IMG/VR virus record: IMGVR_UViG_3300032225_000468
Location: 1-28,461 of that record
Length of the DNA stretch: 28,461 nt
DNA from: a virus
Lineage: Duplodnaviria > Caudoviricetes
Reading direction: 5' to 3' (one strand)
Shown here: positions 25,544 through 28,461 of the stretch, one piece after another
Layout: the number at the start of each line of letters is the position of its first letter
How positions within the stretch are numbered: the first letter of the stretch is position 1
Position numbers and translations under genes: made by a program
Notes under the pieces: generated by a model
Told to the model about the DNA's origin: nothing
The model's input: the letters and a program-made list of their open reading frames with translations, nothing else
Databases searched by the model: none

Positions 25544-26026
25544 CTAAAGACTAGGGCAGGATAGGACAATGGCCGGTGGCTTAACGTTTGGGGTAAAGGT
25601 TGCAGCTGCTTCGATAGCGTCGATGACCCCGTTGATGTCCGAATGGTTGACGTAGAGCGCACCGAGAGCGACTTCACAGCCAGACCCGATAGCGGCGTAG
25701 TTGGCAGAATGTTGAAAGCCTGACCCTTCCTCGATCTCGTAAATCTTGGATCCCTGGATAACTAGAAAACCAGCGCCCTTGTAGACAGCCTTAGCAGACT
25801 CCTCCTCAACGCGAAGCGCCAGGTCGTCATAGTTGGTCAGGGCCTCCAGGTACTTAAACATGGCTCGACCGGACTTAATGCTTCCGGCATATCCCACTAG
25901 GCCATTGCCAAAGTCTTGGACCTTGGGATTAAACATCAGGACGGTTACTCGCTCATCACTTGCAGCACTATCGGCACCCATAAATCCGACACCCTGGGGA
26001 GTAATTAGGGCGGCGATACAGGTCAC
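25544..26026 (-). CDS. Ntn-hydrolase, HslV/proteasome-beta-like threonine protease
   Basis: M-T-C-I N-terminus, GADS, K, GYAG, AIGSG..ALGAL. Confidence 0.82.
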   Translation of the reverse strand: MTCIAALITPQGVGFMGADSAASDERVTVLMFNPKVQDFGNGLVGYAGSIKSGRAMFKYLEALTNYDDLALRVEEESAKAVYKGAGFLVIQGSKIYEIEEGSGFQHSANYAAIGSGCEVALGALYVNHSDINGVIDAIEAAATFTPNVKPPAIVLSCPSL

Positions 26027-26322
26027 GGGTAGAAGTTAGTCGACTTCGCCACAGCGGTAGCAGGGCTCCCAGGCTGATGTCCTAACCGCGAGGCAGGTTC
26101 CGCAAGTGACAGGTCTGCCCTCCATGCGCGCAGATTCCGCGAGTAGACCACCAAGAAAGCCATGGAGGCTACTGCGAATCCGTACTGATGAGTCTGCAGG
26201 CCGAACACTATCCACAGGACTGAGGCCAGAATCATCACGATCCAGCCTTGCCAGCGTTTGCGCCCAACGAAGTACGCGCCGATAAGTCCTAATCCCTCGA
26301 GCGTCCATGACCATAACTCCAC
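26023..26322 (-). CDS. Three-TM PnuC-like membrane protein
   Basis: WSW.L...G....GRK.W.GW...LW......QYGF......Y.RN...W. Confidence 0.65.
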   Translation of the reverse strand: MELWSWTLEGLGLIGAYFVGRKRWQGWIVMILASVLWIVFGLQTHQYGFAVASMAFLVVYSRNLRAWRADLSLAEPASRLGHQPGSPATAVAKSTNFYP

Positions 26323-26675
26323 TAAAACCTAATAACTGACTTGATAGCCTCAACCACGATTTCGTCTGGGAATACCGAAGTAATACCACTTTCAGTTTCA
26401 TGCCACGTGACTTCGTCATACTCAACCTTTACGGCCTCGAGCGAGTGAAAGGTTCCGATGAGCTCTATTCCTTCGTAGGGGGTCTTGGCTACCAGAACGT
26501 AGATGTACTCCTCGTAGATCATTGGCATCGCGTGGCCGCATTCTTTCACCCCCCTCTCATGGTAGAAATATGTTTCATGTTTCCCCCAATTGCCCGTCCG
26601 ACGGTGAGCCACTAAAGGCTTACGGCAGTTACGACACCATTTTTCATTTATCTTCATTTTGATTGGTCCGTTCAT
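26322..26675 (-). CDS. Hypothetical protein with N-terminal CRNC...H...C module
   Basis: Coupled at both ends. Confidence 0.65.
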   Translation of the reverse strand: MNGPIKMKINEKWCRNCRKPLVAHRRTGNWGKHETYFYHERGVKECGHAMPMIYEEYIYVLVAKTPYEGIELIGTFHSLEAVKVEYDEVTWHETESGITSVFPDEIVVEAIKSVIRF

Positions 26676-26818
26676 CGCTCGACCTCACACTTGACGCAGA
26701 CTTCGACGGGGTTTTCTCGAGAGCCTGCCCCAGCCTTGTTAACCCATAAATGGTCGTAATCGTTTCGTGCTTGATCTGATTCCGTGTCGCACGAAATGGC
26801 GGCATTTTTGAAACTCAT
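26672..26818 (-). CDS. Small Zn-ribbon protein (48 aa), not in the ORF track
   Basis: MSFKNAAISCD...HLW...CVKCEVER*; ATGA overlaps at both ends. Confidence 0.7.
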   Translation of the reverse strand: MSFKNAAISCDTESDQARNDYDHLWVNKAGAGSRENPVEVCVKCEVER

Positions 26819-27168
26819 ATTTTCTCTCCACACTTAGGGCAAAATGGAAATACTTGCCAATCCACACCATCAAAAAGTTCATACTTAATGTGGTCGCACT
26901 GATTTGTAGGCATCACGTCAGAAGCGTCACTTGCACTAATTTCCGACATAGCGCCGATGGGTTCGAGGCCGTTCAGTCCCTCCCAGAAAGCGTCGAGATC
27001 TAGGCGCGTCCAGGTATCGGGGTCCTTGGTCTCATCGGCAGTGGGGTTGACCGGTGTGGCGTACCTGATACCGCATTGCGCCATCCCCGTCCTGGTGTGG
27101 ACGTAGTACGTCTCCATCGCTGGGGTCATTATGGTTTCCCCACAGTTCCTACACGTTGCAACGCCCAT
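26815..27168 (-). CDS. Hypothetical protein with two Zn modules
   Basis: CRNC...H...C and CDH...CPKC. Confidence 0.7.
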   Translation of the reverse strand: MGVATCRNCGETIMTPAMETYYVHTRTGMAQCGIRYATPVNPTADETKDPDTWTRLDLDAFWEGLNGLEPIGAMSEISASDASDVMPTNQCDHIKYELFDGVDWQVFPFCPKCGEKI

Positions 27169-27500
27169 TAGATTCCTCTCTGACTTGCCATAAGAGTACG
27201 AAGGCCGTCGAGCTGCGCAGTAAGGGCTCGGAGTGAACTACGGCGAGCGTCTAGTAGGGCTGACGCGACCAGATGAGCCTTGCGCTCTTCCTCGGTGTCG
27301 GCCGTCGCTAAGTCCTCGATCATGGCTTCGGTGGGCTTGGACTTCCATTCGGAGTAGCGGTGACTCAGCCGTGACTTAGCAAACTCAGCCTTAAAGGTCG
27401 CTTCGGCCAGAGCTGCGGTCTGGGCGAGTTGCTGGATGTCGTAGTCAATCCCACTCAGTTCCTCGAGAACGCGCTCAATCTCTTTCGATGGGTTAGTCAT
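27168..27500 (-). CDS. Hypothetical coiled-coil protein
   Basis: Helical composition; coupled. Confidence 0.7.
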   Translation of the reverse strand: MTNPSKEIERVLEELSGIDYDIQQLAQTAALAEATFKAEFAKSRLSHRYSEWKSKPTEAMIEDLATADTEEERKAHLVASALLDARRSSLRALTAQLDGLRTLMASQRGI

Positions 27501-27855
27501 CAGACACTGGCACCGGCCAACCTCGAGCGACCTTAGTCCATGCGGCGACCTGATCGGTTAGTTCCTCAATGGGTCCTCGACGGTTGTAAAGGCAGTACCC
27601 GATTAGGGCATAGGTGGCGATGTCAAGAAAGTCGTCCAGGGCAGAGTCGTGCTCTTGAGTCCCACCCTGGGCGGTCTTGCTGAGGCGGCCCATCTTGTCG
27701 TTGGCACGGATCATCGCAGCGACCCACGGTTCTATCCCGGCAAAGTTGGCTCCGTCGATGACGTTCTGAAACGGCTCTTGATAGGTGCCGTAATCCTTGG
27801 ACTTGGAATCATGTAGATCTTGCACCTTGGTTAGTGCGATTAGAAACTCGGTCAT
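27493..27855 (-). CDS. DUF1599 / nucleotide-modification-associated domain 1 (all-alpha pyrophosphatase-like)
   Basis: K..DYG...IR..DK..RL...D.FLDIA.Y; start ATG 27855 after GGAGG. Confidence 0.75.
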   Translation of the reverse strand: MTEFLIALTKVQDLHDSKSKDYGTYQEPFQNVIDGANFAGIEPWVAAMIRANDKMGRLSKTAQGGTQEHDSALDDFLDIATYALIGYCLYNRRGPIEELTDQVAAWTKVARGWPVPVSDD

Positions 27856-27919
27856 TATTGGCCTCTCCTCCGGTGTTGCCAGAGCAACGTAGCCACAATA
27901 AGGCAGGGGAGTGACATAT

Positions 27920-28285
27920 CTACCAGCCTCTGCATTGTCCATCCTGATCTGGGACGAAGTTTGGTACTCCGGCTCGGGCCTGTATTGCCTTGGCTATTAG
28001 GACTTGCTCTTCGGGCGCGGCTTCGTTGGCGTAGCGGCCATATTTGCCACCCCCATATTCGAGCCATACATCGTTACGAAATCCGATACCACCTGAGTAC
28101 CGTGATCCATGCATTTTCCAGTTCCCACCGGTCTCGCAGATTGCGACTCGGTTCCATTGCTTCATCACCTCGGGACTTACCAGGGGTATTGGCTTAGGAG
28201 CCGCAGCTCGAGCACTCGGGGAGTGGACTGGAGTTGGAATCAGTAAAGCGGTTAAAACGATTAGCAGGATGGCGGTGCGCTTCAT
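27920..28285 (-). CDS. rpf: Secreted resuscitation-promoting factor (Rpf)-like transglycosylase
   Basis: Signal peptide MKRTAILLIVLTALLI; WNRVAICETGGNW...YSGG.GF...W..YGG...A..A.PEEQ..IA. Confidence 0.85.
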   Translation of the reverse strand: MKRTAILLIVLTALLIPTPVHSPSARAAAPKPIPLVSPEVMKQWNRVAICETGGNWKMHGSRYSGGIGFRNDVWLEYGGGKYGRYANEAAPEEQVLIAKAIQARAGVPNFVPDQDGQCRGW

Positions 28286-28461
28286 GCGTCCTCTTTCACT
28301 TGCCACACAACGGCGCTACGGCCTGACGCGGTTTTCTCACGTCGACCGGAGTCCACGACTAGCCCGCGATCTACGAGCTCGACGCGGCGAGGGCGGCAGG
28401 TGTTCGGCGACATGGTCAGCCGTTCACTTAGTGCCTCGTCCGTGGATGGATGTCTCCGTAG
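28282..28461 (-). CDS. 3' part of the junction-spanning winged-helix gene
   Basis: Same frame as 1-240; its stop overlaps the rpf start (ATGA). Confidence 0.8.
   Translation of the reverse strand, partial: LRRHPSTDEALSERLTMSPNTCRPRRVELVDRGLVVDSGRREKTASGRSAVVWQVKEDA
28339..28461. repeat. Terminal direct repeat, copy 2
   Basis: Identical to 1-123. Confidence 0.97.

Noticed and set aside
26036-26425. Alternative minus-strand ORF (129 aa) overlapping the PnuC-like gene
   Set aside because: The overlapping frames have better coupling and a recognisable membrane pattern.
986-28197. All plus-strand ORFs in the track
   Set aside because: They are antisense shadows of well-supported minus-strand genes, with no motifs or RBS context.
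28339-28461. 123-bp repeat as a biological terminal repeat or att site
   Set aside because: It lies mid-gene and is most simply an assembler overlap.
1-28461. Stop-codon reassignment, prompted by frequent CTAG/TAG strings
   Set aside because: Genes are full length under code 11, and several end at TAG right beside the next gene.

Overview
The window is one apparently complete, circularly assembled ~28.3 kb tailed-phage genome (siphovirus) of an actinobacterial host. Bases 1-123 are repeated exactly at 28339-28461, and an ORF reads through the junction. All credible genes lie on the minus strand, and most are coupled by TAATG/ATGA overlaps. Gene order in the direction of transcription is as follows. 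(1) Accessory genes: secreted Rpf-like transglycosylase, DUF1599/Nmad1-like protein, Zn-ribbon proteins, PnuC-like membrane protein, Ntn/HslV-like protease, HAD phosphatase and HNH. (2) Head: terminase, portal, MuF-like protein, scaffold, an inserted Cys-rich gene and major capsid. (3) Neck and tail, including a -1 frameshift chaperone. (4) NlpC/P60 lysin, tail fibre, metallophosphoesterase and holin. (5) Early/replication genes: SSAP, SSB, two WhiB, an HTH initiator with internal iterons, HNH and VRR-NUC. I found no integrase, DNA polymerase, tRNA or CRISPR. The strongest novel candidate is gene 19278-19673. It encodes a HiPIP-like four-cysteine (putative Fe-S) domain ending in a near-copy of the scaffold's C-terminal peptide, which suggests a natural cargo-loading tag that brings a redox/metal protein into the procapsid. 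All family calls come from motifs read by eye; no searches were run.
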